IMG/VR virus record: IMGVR_UViG_3300023116_000045
Location: 1-61,981 of that record
DNA from: a virus
Lineage: Duplodnaviria > Caudoviricetes
Reading direction: 5' to 3' (one strand)
Length of the DNA stretch: 61,981 nt
Shown here: positions 26,655 through 35,891 of the stretch, piece after piece
Numbering within the stretch: position 1 is the first letter of the stretch
How the letters are laid out: the number at the start of each line of letters is the position of its first letter
Notes under the pieces: generated by a model
The model's input: only the letters and a program-made list of their open reading frames with translations
What the model was told of the DNA's origin: nothing
Database searches by the model: none
Program-made: the position numbers and the translations under genes

Positions 26655-27695
26655 CTAACTTACGTTGAGAGTGGAAGTAACAAAGATGTCCGTGGTTGTT
26701 CTACAAACGTAGTAAAGTGCAGACTTGGCACTTGCGGTTGCTGTGATGGTTGGCGCAGTCCCATCAACAAACGACCAGTACGAGCCGAACGCGACGGTTC
26801 TTCCACCCGTTCCATCTTGAGTGATGAAAATTACACCAGACTGACCTGCTGTGATGTTGGAAGGATTGTTCAGTGTCAAACTTCCAGTCAGTGTCATTGA
26901 GAAGTTATTTGCTGTCCCAAGGTCAATTGCAAAACTTGCACTCTTGTTGCCTAAAGAACTGATGTTGGCAGATGCCTTACCTGTCAGTGCAAGGTGTGAT
27001 CCATTGAATGTGAGGTTTGATTCTCCATTCAAGTTGGTTCCAGAACCACCAGTGATGACTCTGTTGTCTGCATTGTTTGTCAGTGATGCAGAACCAGTTG
27101 CACCAGTGGTTCCTTGTGTTCCAAGGATACCTTGAATGCCCTGAGTACCTGTGGTTCCTTGGGTTCCAGTTCCACCTGTTGTACCTGTTGTTCCTTGAGT
27201 ACCAGTTGTACCTTGAATACCTTGAGTTCCTTGAATACCCTGAATGCCCTGAGTTCCTTGAGTGCCAGTGGTTCCTTGGGTTCCAGTTGTTCCTTGAGTG
27301 CCAGTAATTCCTTGAGTTCCTTGAGTGCCTTGGATACCCTGAATACCTTGAACACCCTGAAGTCCATTGACAGTGGTAGGATCTACCCAATCAATATCTG
27401 CTCCATCAGTCTTTAGAACATAACCACTGACACCTAAACTTCCACCAGCATCCTTGATACCACCATTGAACTGAGCAGCACCTGTAAAAGTAGAGCTGCC
27501 CTGAACATCAAGGTTATTTCTTGCAGTAACAATACCAATGGAGTCAATGTTAGTTACATCTTCATAAGTCAGAACACCAGCAACATTCAGGTTCCCACTG
27601 ATAGTACCAGAGGTTGCTGTAACAATACCAACGTTCATGTCGTTGGTGGCATTGATTGTTGTAACGAAACCTGCGAGTACTCTTGCTCTGGTCAT
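26655..27695 (-). CDS. tail fibre protein with collagen-like G-X-Y repeat
   Basis: uninterrupted G(T/I)Q/GTT triplets; C-terminal QDGTGGRT adaptor domain. Confidence 0.8.
   Translation of the reverse strand: MTRARVLAGFVTTINATNDMNVGIVTATSGTISGNLNVAGVLTYEDVTNIDSIGIVTARNNLDVQGSSTFTGAAQFNGGIKDAGGSLGVSGYVLKTDGADIDWVDPTTVNGLQGVQGIQGIQGTQGTQGITGTQGTTGTQGTTGTQGTQGIQGIQGTQGIQGTTGTQGTTGTTGGTGTQGTTGTQGIQGILGTQGTTGATGSASLTNNADNRVITGGSGTNLNGESNLTFNGSHLALTGKASANISSLGNKSASFAIDLGTANNFSMTLTGSLTLNNPSNITAGQSGVIFITQDGTGGRTVAFGSYWSFVDGTAPTITATASAKSALYYVCRTTTDIFVTSTLNVS
27095..27365 (-). repeat. imperfect 9-nt tandem repeat encoding collagen-like Gly-X-Y
   Basis: reiterated ccttgagt(g/t/a)/ccttgaata units on the plus strand. 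Confidence 0.85.
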
Positions 27696-27718
27696 CTTAC
27701 CTATCCTTTAGTGGTTTA

Positions 27719-28249
27719 TCAGGTGTAATCTGAAAGATTAGGCCAATTGGGAAGCAGTGTGGTTGTGTAACCAACAATCGAAGAAGTGCCAGCACCTGTG
27801 ACAAGACTCTGAAGTTGACCAACATCTACAGTAGCAGAAATCATTGCTTGTCTTTCTGCACAAACAGATCTTACTTCTGCTCTGAATGATGTAATACCAA
27901 CAGGAATTACTGCACCAGTTTCTGCATTTCTGGTGATGTACCAATCAGTACCATTAAGAATCGTCCAGGAATTATCCGTCTGTTGATTATTGAACAGAGT
28001 TTTCAGTCCTGTGGTTTTTGCTGCTCCAACTCCAACATCATCAAGAAGTTTTGGTTTGAGATTATTATCATCATCATAACCATCCCAAAACACAGTGTTG
28101 TATGATACAGGATCAGCAACCTCAGTAATCCCAATTGCTTCTTTCTCTGCCAAAGTTGTAAGATTCAACCAATTAGCAGGATACTGAGTTCCATCAGTTC
28201 CAGTAAATGGTCTTCCAACCACTAATTGTTTTCCGTCTAATACAAACAT
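27719..28249 (-). CDS. tail fibre assembly/chaperone-like protein
   Basis: GTQYPANWL and TDWYITRNAE...RAEVR pattern; follows an adhesin gene; late promoter at 28268-28274. Confidence 0.6.
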   Translation of the reverse strand: MFVLDGKQLVVGRPFTGTDGTQYPANWLNLTTLAEKEAIGITEVADPVSYNTVFWDGYDDDNNLKPKLLDDVGVGAAKTTGLKTLFNNQQTDNSWTILNGTDWYITRNAETGAVIPVGITSFRAEVRSVCAERQAMISATVDVGQLQSLVTGAGTSSIVGYTTTLLPNWPNLSDYT

Positions 28250-28273
28250 GGGAGGTATGTTTTTAGTTATTTA

Positions 28274-30733
28274 TCAGTTGGCATTTGCATATTCAAATGG
28301 TTTCTCAGCAAAAGCAGCAAACACATAAGGATAATCACCACCATTTAGACCTTGCGTGGATGTGTACCACATAAAACCATTTGAGTAAATGTCAAAAGAG
28401 CTTCCACCAGTCCCTGGATCATCAATTTCAGCGTTTGTCAGATTTGGACGTTGTAACTTTGTTGAGACATTATAACTATTTCTTGCCCCATCTGTGAAGA
28501 ACATTTCTTGACCAGTTGTGTATGCCTGAGTCATAATCCACTGAGGTTTAAACCCACAATGAACATACGTTCCTCTATCATTTGAACCGTTACCTGTGTA
28601 GAGGCCTATGCGAGAAAATCCCTCTACCTCATGGAAACACCAAGCCACATAATTGTATGCTTGACCTGTTCCTGCACCATTTCCGATTGTAAAGGTTGTT
28701 GAATTTGGTGAAGTGTTATTGAACAAACTTGTGCCTGTTTCTGTACCAGTGCTTGGCAATAGGAGACATTTGGTGTTGCCAAGTTGTTCATGATAAATTC
28801 TCATGTTTGTACCTCCCCTGTTCCTATTACGAATAAAAATCAACTGTGGAGCAGAGTTCAAACCGTGTCCCACGGTCCTACCAGCAGTGTTGTCTGCAGT
28901 ATATGTTACGATGCTTATGCCAGCTGTCGTATTGGCTGAGACAGTTGATGCCAGAGTTCCATCGGTGTTACTAACTGTACCATTTCCTCCCAACCAACAA
29001 TGTCCAAAATATTGGTCTGGTGGAGAACCACTCGAAAGACCGTTAGCATCACGACCATCTGTGCTTCCTGTTGTTACACCAAAACCATCTGATCTGAACT
29101 CATCCAAATAACCACGAGAGTAGTTTGTGTGTTCTGTGTCTTCATTATTGGAGAACAGAGCTTTTCCTGCTCCACGAATATTATCATACCAATGCCAGTT
29201 AGCACTTCCACTAAATCTACTCTTAAGAATCACCAGATCTGGTTGAAAATTCAATCCACCAATATCCTGGTTTGCTGCTCCACCTGTGGAATTTCCAGTC
29301 CAAAGTGCAGTCTTTTGGTGATTAGTACCATCAGCAATAGCGGGAGTACTAAAATTATCAGAACTAAAAGTTTTATAACCAGAAGGAACAGTGTATGAGA
29401 AATCTCTCTGACCAAAGTTCACATCAAGTCTTGCACTGCCATTATCCTCACACAAGAAATAAGGTGTCCAAATTGCAGTGGTGTCCATTCCACTAAAGGC
29501 TTGTCCCTGGGATGTCCCGTTCTTATAAAAAGTTATTGTCCCATTATCAGCATCAAAAGCAACACCAATTATATCTCCTGCCGAGTTCCAGCTCGCTCCA
29601 TATGCTGAGCCAGATGTGTTTACTTTTTGCCCGTCATCCGACTTGTACATGTAAACGCGAGAACTTGTTTCTTGATTCCAACTCGAAGTGGTGGCATCTT
29701 TGATGTTATAAACACCAATTTTTGAATTAGTTCCTCCACTATTCCTAAGTTCCCAATACCACTTGCCACCTCTATGAATTGCCCACGTCCCGTGAGTTGC
29801 AGTCCAGTTACCACTATATGATTGTCTTGGTTTTAGACCCAAGTTTCCATCTTGCATCTGGTAGGTCTCGCCATAACCAGCATACCAGATTGTATATGGA
29901 CTAAAGGTGGGAAAACTGCTGGTCGGCGTGTCAGTGACAACTCCAGTGTCTACTCCAGAAGTGGTAATGTTAGTTGCACTCCAATGATGTCCATTTCCAC
30001 TGTGGTCATGCCCAACACCATTGGCTGCAGTGGGATCCATTTTCAAATAGTACCCATTTGTGCCATATGATCCAGTATATTTTTTTGGGATCCACTGTCC
30101 AGTTATACTATCAGTTTCCCCAAATTCTGTAGGGCTAAGAGTTGATCCATCAACAAAGTGAACCTCGGTGATATATCCATCAAAGGGACTTGAACTACAA
30201 CCTGTGTAAGAGTCACCAATTGACCAGCGACTTTGCCCATTGACATAACTAGGTGTTTGACCACTTGGACCTTGATTATAGTCAGTTACCACTTCATTGT
30301 TGATATAAATGATGTTAGAGGATGATCCAGTGTTTCCACGCCAAACTACATGATACCATTTTGCCACATCACGTTGCTTGTCCTTTATATTACCAGAATA
30401 AGATCCGCCGTTAAAACTAAAACTGTTTCGGATTGCAGTAGTTCCGTGTTGAGGATCTGCGATCAAAAAGTATTCTGTGTTTGCACAAGACCCACTTGGA
30501 GTCCACATCATCATATGAAGGTCATTTCCCCAAGTGGAATACTGAGCATCAGCACCACGTTTCATCCAGAATGAAAGAGTCCAGGCACTGCTGGAGTTGT
30601 TTGTTCCACTACTATTGTCATAAGTAAGGCGAGATGGTTTACTTGCAATAAACCTCAAAGCATAATCAATGGTATAACCACCTTGGTTTGCTGCACCAAT
30701 AAGTGCTGAATTGACTTCATTAGGTAATCCCAT
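28274..30733 (-). CDS. adhesin/tail-tip protein with LamG/ConA-like and SPRY-like domains
   Basis: WTLSFWMKR...WYHVV...FDGYITEVHFVDG (LamG-like); GKWYWE...GDIIGVAFDADNGTITFYKNG (SPRY-like). Confidence 0.8.
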   Translation of the reverse strand: MGLPNEVNSALIGAANQGGYTIDYALRFIASKPSRLTYDNSSGTNNSSSAWTLSFWMKRGADAQYSTWGNDLHMMMWTPSGSCANTEYFLIADPQHGTTAIRNSFSFNGGSYSGNIKDKQRDVAKWYHVVWRGNTGSSSNIIYINNEVVTDYNQGPSGQTPSYVNGQSRWSIGDSYTGCSSSPFDGYITEVHFVDGSTLSPTEFGETDSITGQWIPKKYTGSYGTNGYYLKMDPTAANGVGHDHSGNGHHWSATNITTSGVDTGVVTDTPTSSFPTFSPYTIWYAGYGETYQMQDGNLGLKPRQSYSGNWTATHGTWAIHRGGKWYWELRNSGGTNSKIGVYNIKDATTSSWNQETSSRVYMYKSDDGQKVNTSGSAYGASWNSAGDIIGVAFDADNGTITFYKNGTSQGQAFSGMDTTAIWTPYFLCEDNGSARLDVNFGQRDFSYTVPSGYKTFSSDNFSTPAIADGTNHQKTALWTGNSTGGAANQDIGGLNFQPDLVILKSRFSGSANWHWYDNIRGAGKALFSNNEDTEHTNYSRGYLDEFRSDGFGVTTGSTDGRDANGLSSGSPPDQYFGHCWLGGNGTVSNTDGTLASTVSANTTAGISIVTYTADNTAGRTVGHGLNSAPQLIFIRNRNRGGTNMRIYHEQLGNTKCLLLPSTGTETGTSLFNNTSPNSTTFTIGNGAGTGQAYNYVAWCFHEVEGFSRIGLYTGNGSNDRGTYVHCGFKPQWIMTQAYTTGQEMFFTDGARNSYNVSTKLQRPNLTNAEIDDPGTGGSSFDIYSNGFMWYTSTQGLNGGDYPYVFAAFAEKPFEYANAN

Positions 30734-30746
30734 TTATATTTTCTCC

Positions 30747-32237
30747 TTAACCAAGTGCAAGAACTGAAGTTGTAATAATCATATCTGTATCCTGAACATG
30801 ATAAGCAAGGACACTGGTGGTTCCAGCACCTGCTGTAATGATTGGTGGTGTTCCATCAACAAAATTCCAGTGGCTCTGATAGGCGAGTGTACGAGAGCCC
30901 GTTCCATCCTGAGTAATCATGATGACACCAGACTGACCAGGTTGAGTGTTCGTTGGATTATTTAGAGTGATGTTTCCAGCGATGGTGAAATTATAATTGT
31001 TTCCAGTGCTCATGTCGATTGCAAAACTGGAACTCTTAGATCCCAAGTTGTGAACACCAGAAGCAGAGTTACCAACAACATAAAGATCCATGCTGGTGGT
31101 TGATGCTGAACCAACTCTCAGTGTGGAATCAGCAATGATGCTTGTTGCTTGATGAGTTGATGCAACCAGAAGACCTGAAGATGCATTGTAAGTTAGTCTG
31201 TCAGAGTCAGTCTTGGGTGCTTGGTTACCTGTTGCTGATGTTGCAAACACAGGGAAACAAGTGGTATCCGATGACTCATCTGCCAGAGTAATGTTGGTTG
31301 CATTAGTGGCAGTTGTTGCTGATGTGGCACTGGTAGCAGTATCAGCATTACCAGTTACATCACCAGTTAGGTCACCAACAAATGATGTAGCAGTTGCAAC
31401 TCCAGTGATGTTTACACCACCAGAAGTGGTGGCTAATTTAGTGGAACCATAGTGAGCAAGGTTTACCGATCCTGTTGATCCAACGCATTGAATATACGTT
31501 GTTACGCCACCAGAACCATCATCAGTTTGAAGATGAATATCGCTGTCGTCTGTATGCTGGGTGACATATAGTCCACCAGTAAAGTTTTGAATGAGCGAAT
31601 TAGCACTATTGTGCGACAATCTAAGGTCGTTGCCAGCACCGATGTTTAATACATCATTATCACCAAGATTTACATTATCAGTGAAAGTCGCAACGCCAGT
31701 AACATTCAATCCCGTGGTGTTACCATTGATGTCAATTCCACCATTGAGATCAACATTACCAGTAAATGTCGAAACACCAGAGGCATTGACTTGAGAGGCA
31801 TTGAGTTGAGTTCCACTGAACGCTGTAGCAACCAGTGTTCCCGCTGCTGAATCAAAGGTTAAGTTAGCGTTCGTTCTAATGTCAGTGGTGCCTGTTTGGT
31901 CAACAGTAAATCCAACAAAACACTGTGTGTCTGTTGTTTCACTTCCCAAAACAACGTTGTTTGCAGACGTAGCAGTATCTGCGTTACCTGTAACATCACC
32001 AGTAACGTTTCCTGTGACGTTGCCAAAAATGGTTCCAGAGACATAAAGGTCAGTGGTTCCAACCGAAACTGCTCCAGTCAGAATTCCTGTCTGACCGAAG
32101 TTTACCTGTTCAACGTAGAGGTTGGTGACTCCAATCGAAACACCACTCGTTACAACACCAACAGTTGTAAGACCAGAGATAATAGGACCACCACTGTTGG
32201 TTCTGTTGGTGATCTGATTGACTCTAATTACTGACAT
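30747..32237 (-). CDS. tail fibre protein
   Basis: TGDVTGNADTAT fibre repeats; C-terminal QDGTGSRT adaptor domain. Confidence 0.75.
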   Translation of the reverse strand: MSVIRVNQITNRTNSGGPIISGLTTVGVVTSGVSIGVTNLYVEQVNFGQTGILTGAVSVGTTDLYVSGTIFGNVTGNVTGDVTGNADTATSANNVVLGSETTDTQCFVGFTVDQTGTTDIRTNANLTFDSAAGTLVATAFSGTQLNASQVNASGVSTFTGNVDLNGGIDINGNTTGLNVTGVATFTDNVNLGDNDVLNIGAGNDLRLSHNSANSLIQNFTGGLYVTQHTDDSDIHLQTDDGSGGVTTYIQCVGSTGSVNLAHYGSTKLATTSGGVNITGVATATSFVGDLTGDVTGNADTATSATSATTATNATNITLADESSDTTCFPVFATSATGNQAPKTDSDRLTYNASSGLLVASTHQATSIIADSTLRVGSASTTSMDLYVVGNSASGVHNLGSKSSSFAIDMSTGNNYNFTIAGNITLNNPTNTQPGQSGVIMITQDGTGSRTLAYQSHWNFVDGTPPIITAGAGTTSVLAYHVQDTDMIITTSVLALG

Positions 32238-32255
32238 CGTTCTTTCTCCTCCCCG

Positions 32256-34181
32256 TTATTTATTGTTGAGTTGTGATTCTAAATGCTCAACTCTCGTGGA
32301 GAGTTCTTTCACCGCTTCGATCAGAACACCGACCAAACCATTGTAATTGACAGACTTAGTTCCATCATCAGACCTGGTAGAAATCAGTTCTGGAAGGATT
32401 TCTTCAACCTCTTGTGCGATAACACCGACAGAGGGGATGTCTAACTCTCGCCACCTAAACTTCACACCTCTTATCTGGTTGATAATGGTGACCGCATCAT
32501 CAATGCTTCTAATGTCTGTCTTCAGGTTGACATCAGATGTGGAGTTGACGTTAGTTGCTGCCAGTGTTCCAGTTGAAGCATTATAAGTCAGTGCACTGGA
32601 GTCGGTCTTAGGTGGTAGATTACCCGTTGCTCCTGTTGCAAACACAGGGAAACAAGTGGTATCCGATGACTCATCAGCAAGAGTGATGTTAGTTGCGTTG
32701 GTCGCTGTTGTTGCGGTTGTTGCGGTTGTTGCGGTTGTGGCATTACCAGAGAGACTGCCACTAAATGTGGTTGATGTGAGTGTGTTGGTGCTTGGGTTAT
32801 AAAGTAAAGTGGAATCACTGTTAAGTCTGTTATAACCACTCGAACTTCCAGAGAACACAACATAATGATTGGCAGCCGTTGTGTTATCAACATCAACTTG
32901 AATGTTGGCAGAATTAGTTGCTGAACTCGCTGTTCCCGTTACATTACCAGTTAGATTACCAGTTACATTACCAGTTACGTTAGCGGAAACACTTCCACTT
33001 ACTGTCAGAATGTTAGTGAATGGATTGTAAGTCAGTCCAGCATCAACCAGATTACTCAGATTTCCTGAAGTTCCTGAGAAGAATGAAACATATTGAGAAG
33101 TGTTGGTACCGTCAGCAGTAACAACAACCCTTGTCGCTGTTGATGCTGTTCCAGTTAAATTGCCAACGAAGGTTGTGGCAGTGACAACACCAGCGACATT
33201 AATATCACCAGCAACGTCGATGCTGCTGTTGGCATCAATATTGTCTGTGAATGTTGAAACACCAGAGACAACGATGAGTCCGTCGTTGAATGTTGAGAGA
33301 CCAACGAATGTTGAAACACCACTGACAGTAATGGTGCTGAACTCTGGAGTCAGGTCAACACTTGGTGGATCAAGAAGTCTGAAGAGGTCAGTAACCAGAG
33401 TCTTACCAGCACCAACGGTAACTGTAACACCTGGGTCGAAGAGAAGTGTTGGCTCTTTGACAACAATGAACGAGGAGTCGATACCAGCGTTCGTGTCGTC
33501 CAGAGTCATACTCTCTGTGACGGTAACGTTGGGGTCAATGTAAGCGAATGGTGAGGTCAGTCCACTGGGATAATCAATGACCGTACCAACACCTGCTCCA
33601 CCACCACCTTCGATGCTGATGTCAACTGTGGTTCCATTTGTCTTGAAGGTGTTACCAACTCCGATAAAGTTGAGTTGAGTAATTCCAACACCAATCGTGG
33701 TTCCACCAGATTGAATTCCAACTGCTGAAACAAAGTTTGTGCTAACTCCTGAAAGTCCTGAACCAGCACCACTAAACGAGGTGGCAGTGACAACGCCAGT
33801 TACATTGATTCCAGTGGTGTTAATGGCAACGTTAGCACTCAGTTTAGCAGCGGTTGCGTTAATGCTTCCGTTGTGAATGAAGAGTGATGTTCCTCCAGAA
33901 CCAACGATCTCCAGTTGGTGCGTCGGTGTCGCACTGTTAATTCCTATTCGTCCGTTATCGCTGTCTGCTGCGATAACTGTGCCACCGACTCCAACTTCAA
34001 ATCGACTCTGTGTGGTAACGATACCAACGAACAGACCGTCAACTGCCGCAATTCCTCCACTGACACCTAAGGTCGCTGAAGGTTCTGTGGACGCAATACC
34101 AACTTTGTTACTCTGAGCGACAATGAGGTCATCAGCAACCTCAAGTCCGTTCTTGACGACAAAATTCTTATTGACTGCCAT
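32256..34181 (-). CDS. tail fibre with C-terminal peptidase-S74 intramolecular chaperone
   Basis: SDVNLKTDI...GVIAQEVEEILPELI...KSVNYNGLVGVLIEAVKEL; late promoter at 34220-34226. Confidence 0.85.
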   Translation of the reverse strand: MAVNKNFVVKNGLEVADDLIVAQSNKVGIASTEPSATLGVSGGIAAVDGLFVGIVTTQSRFEVGVGGTVIAADSDNGRIGINSATPTHQLEIVGSGGTSLFIHNGSINATAAKLSANVAINTTGINVTGVVTATSFSGAGSGLSGVSTNFVSAVGIQSGGTTIGVGITQLNFIGVGNTFKTNGTTVDISIEGGGGAGVGTVIDYPSGLTSPFAYIDPNVTVTESMTLDDTNAGIDSSFIVVKEPTLLFDPGVTVTVGAGKTLVTDLFRLLDPPSVDLTPEFSTITVSGVSTFVGLSTFNDGLIVVSGVSTFTDNIDANSSIDVAGDINVAGVVTATTFVGNLTGTASTATRVVVTADGTNTSQYVSFFSGTSGNLSNLVDAGLTYNPFTNILTVSGSVSANVTGNVTGNLTGNVTGTASSATNSANIQVDVDNTTAANHYVVFSGSSSGYNRLNSDSTLLYNPSTNTLTSTTFSGSLSGNATTATTATTATTATNATNITLADESSDTTCFPVFATGATGNLPPKTDSSALTYNASTGTLAATNVNSTSDVNLKTDIRSIDDAVTIINQIRGVKFRWRELDIPSVGVIAQEVEEILPELISTRSDDGTKSVNYNGLVGVLIEAVKELSTRVEHLESQLNNK

Positions 34182-34226
34182 CGGGTTTCACTCTCCACCC
34201 TGTTAGTTTTAGTTATAGTTATTTAG

Positions 34227-35891
34227 TTAAGTATCGAGTTGAATTGTGACCGAGGAATTGAGTGTTGTGTTACCACCCAGGTTTGTTTCAACGATGGTTA
34301 CCGAACCATCACTGTAACCACTTCCTCCTCCACCACCTGAACCAGATGTTCCACCTTGACCACCAACGGCTCCGTTTCCTCCGTCACCACCAAGGTTCAC
34401 ACCCTCACCTCTTGTGTTGGAGATTGTGTAACCTGGTTTGAATCCACGGATGACCTCATCACTTTCACTAATGGTGGTTCCATCAACAGCAACAAACTGA
34501 ATCTTAGAAGAACTGTTGTTAGAACAAGCAGAGATTCCAAGGTCAGTCCAATAACTTCCCTTCGAACAGGAGATTGTTCTTCCTGCATCAGGAATCGATG
34601 CTCTGGTGTCACCAATCTGAAGAGTAATGTCAGAGGCGTGAAGGTTAGAACCAAAGACTCCATTCAGACCCAATGTTCCAATCGTGGGTGCTTCACCACC
34701 TGCACCTGCTCTTCGTCCATCACCTGTCTCACCATCAACGTTAACTCCGCCACCGTCTCCACCAGCACCTTCAGTTCCAGCATCACCACCAGATCCAACA
34801 ACCAGAATGAGGTTAGAACCACGATAAAGGAAGATTGCTGAATCGTTAGCAACACCAATCAGTGTGTATTCCGTGTCCTCTTCGAGCGTCGTGGTGATGA
34901 CCGAAGTTCCACCCTGTCCACCATCAAATGCTGTGTAAAGGGCAAGGTTATCATCAGTTGCTGAGTAAACAACATAACTTCCACCTGCTGTTGCTGCCAG
35001 TGTCATCTTGACATTGATGTCCTTCTCCAAAGCGTAGAAGGTAATCAGACTATAATCAGCACCCAAGGTGTCACTGTTGATTGTTTGTGCTCCAGCATCC
35101 AGGTCAAGAATTCCTTCAGCATAACGATTGTCTGGTGAGAATCCTTCCAGTTTGATTCTGTTACGAGGAGCAACACCTGTGAGATCCACAACAGTTGAGT
35201 TCGCTTGAACTCTTCCAGCATCAGTGTCCACATAAGCAATAGACTGAACTGTGGAAACACCAACTTCTGTAATCTCGAAAGTCAAAGTTGTCGAACCAGT
35301 TCCACTGATAACAGGGTCACTCTGGTCAGAAAGAGTTTCACCATTTCTTGTCCAGTTCTGAGTGATGGGTCCAAATGTGCTGTCAGACAAAGCAGGAATT
35401 GCTCGAATCTCTGCAAGTTCTTCCACAGCAGCAGTGGTGTCCACTGGTTGTGTTGTAAAGGAAATGGTTGGGAAGACAGTAACTGCTGCTGAATCTGAAC
35501 TCAGAGGTGAGTTGACTGCATTACCAGTTGACTTTGCTGCTCCTGCCTCACCATAAGCAGAAGCATTGTAAGTTGCCTGAAGATAAAAACTTCTTCCATT
35601 ATCATCTGGACTGGACAGATTACTCAGTGTGAGTGTTGTTGTTCCTGAACCAGAGATGTTTGCTCCATCCTCTAGAGCAGTGGAACCTTCATACCACTGA
35701 TAGGAGATTGTCCCACTGTTTGTTGCGTTTTCATTGTTCGTAAAGGACGCTGTTGCAATTCCAATGAAGGTTGCAACTCCAGCAAGAGTTGCATTGGATG
35801 CTGATGGGTCTTCTGAGAAAGAAAGGATAGGACCATTCAAATCCAGAGAAGTTTGAAAGGTCCTGAAGTTATGAAACGCTAAAGGACTCAT
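34227..35891 (-). CDS. virion structural protein with Ig-like and glycine-rich domains
   Basis: ISYQWY...TTTLTLSNL Ig-like strands; C-terminal GGxGG/GGGGGSGY glycine-rich domain. Confidence 0.7.
   Translation of the reverse strand: MSPLAFHNFRTFQTSLDLNGPILSFSEDPSASNATLAGVATFIGIATASFTNNENATNSGTISYQWYEGSTALEDGANISGSGTTTLTLSNLSSPDDNGRSFYLQATYNASAYGEAGAAKSTGNAVNSPLSSDSAAVTVFPTISFTTQPVDTTAAVEELAEIRAIPALSDSTFGPITQNWTRNGETLSDQSDPVISGTGSTTLTFEITEVGVSTVQSIAYVDTDAGRVQANSTVVDLTGVAPRNRIKLEGFSPDNRYAEGILDLDAGAQTINSDTLGADYSLITFYALEKDINVKMTLAATAGGSYVVYSATDDNLALYTAFDGGQGGTSVITTTLEEDTEYTLIGVANDSAIFLYRGSNLILVVGSGGDAGTEGAGGDGGGVNVDGETGDGRRAGAGGEAPTIGTLGLNGVFGSNLHASDITLQIGDTRASIPDAGRTISCSKGSYWTDLGISACSNNSSSKIQFVAVDGTTISESDEVIRGFKPGYTISNTRGEGVNLGGDGGNGAVGGQGGTSGSGGGGGSGYSDGSVTIVETNLGGNTTLNSSVTIQLDT

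Noticed and set aside
26977-27416. Repetitive alternative-frame ORFs over the collagen region
   Set aside because: By-products of the 9-nt tandem repeat
12543-34181. Diversity-generating retroelement acting on the adhesins or propellers
   Set aside because: No reverse transcriptase in the window, and I saw no template/variable repeat pair differing only at adenines
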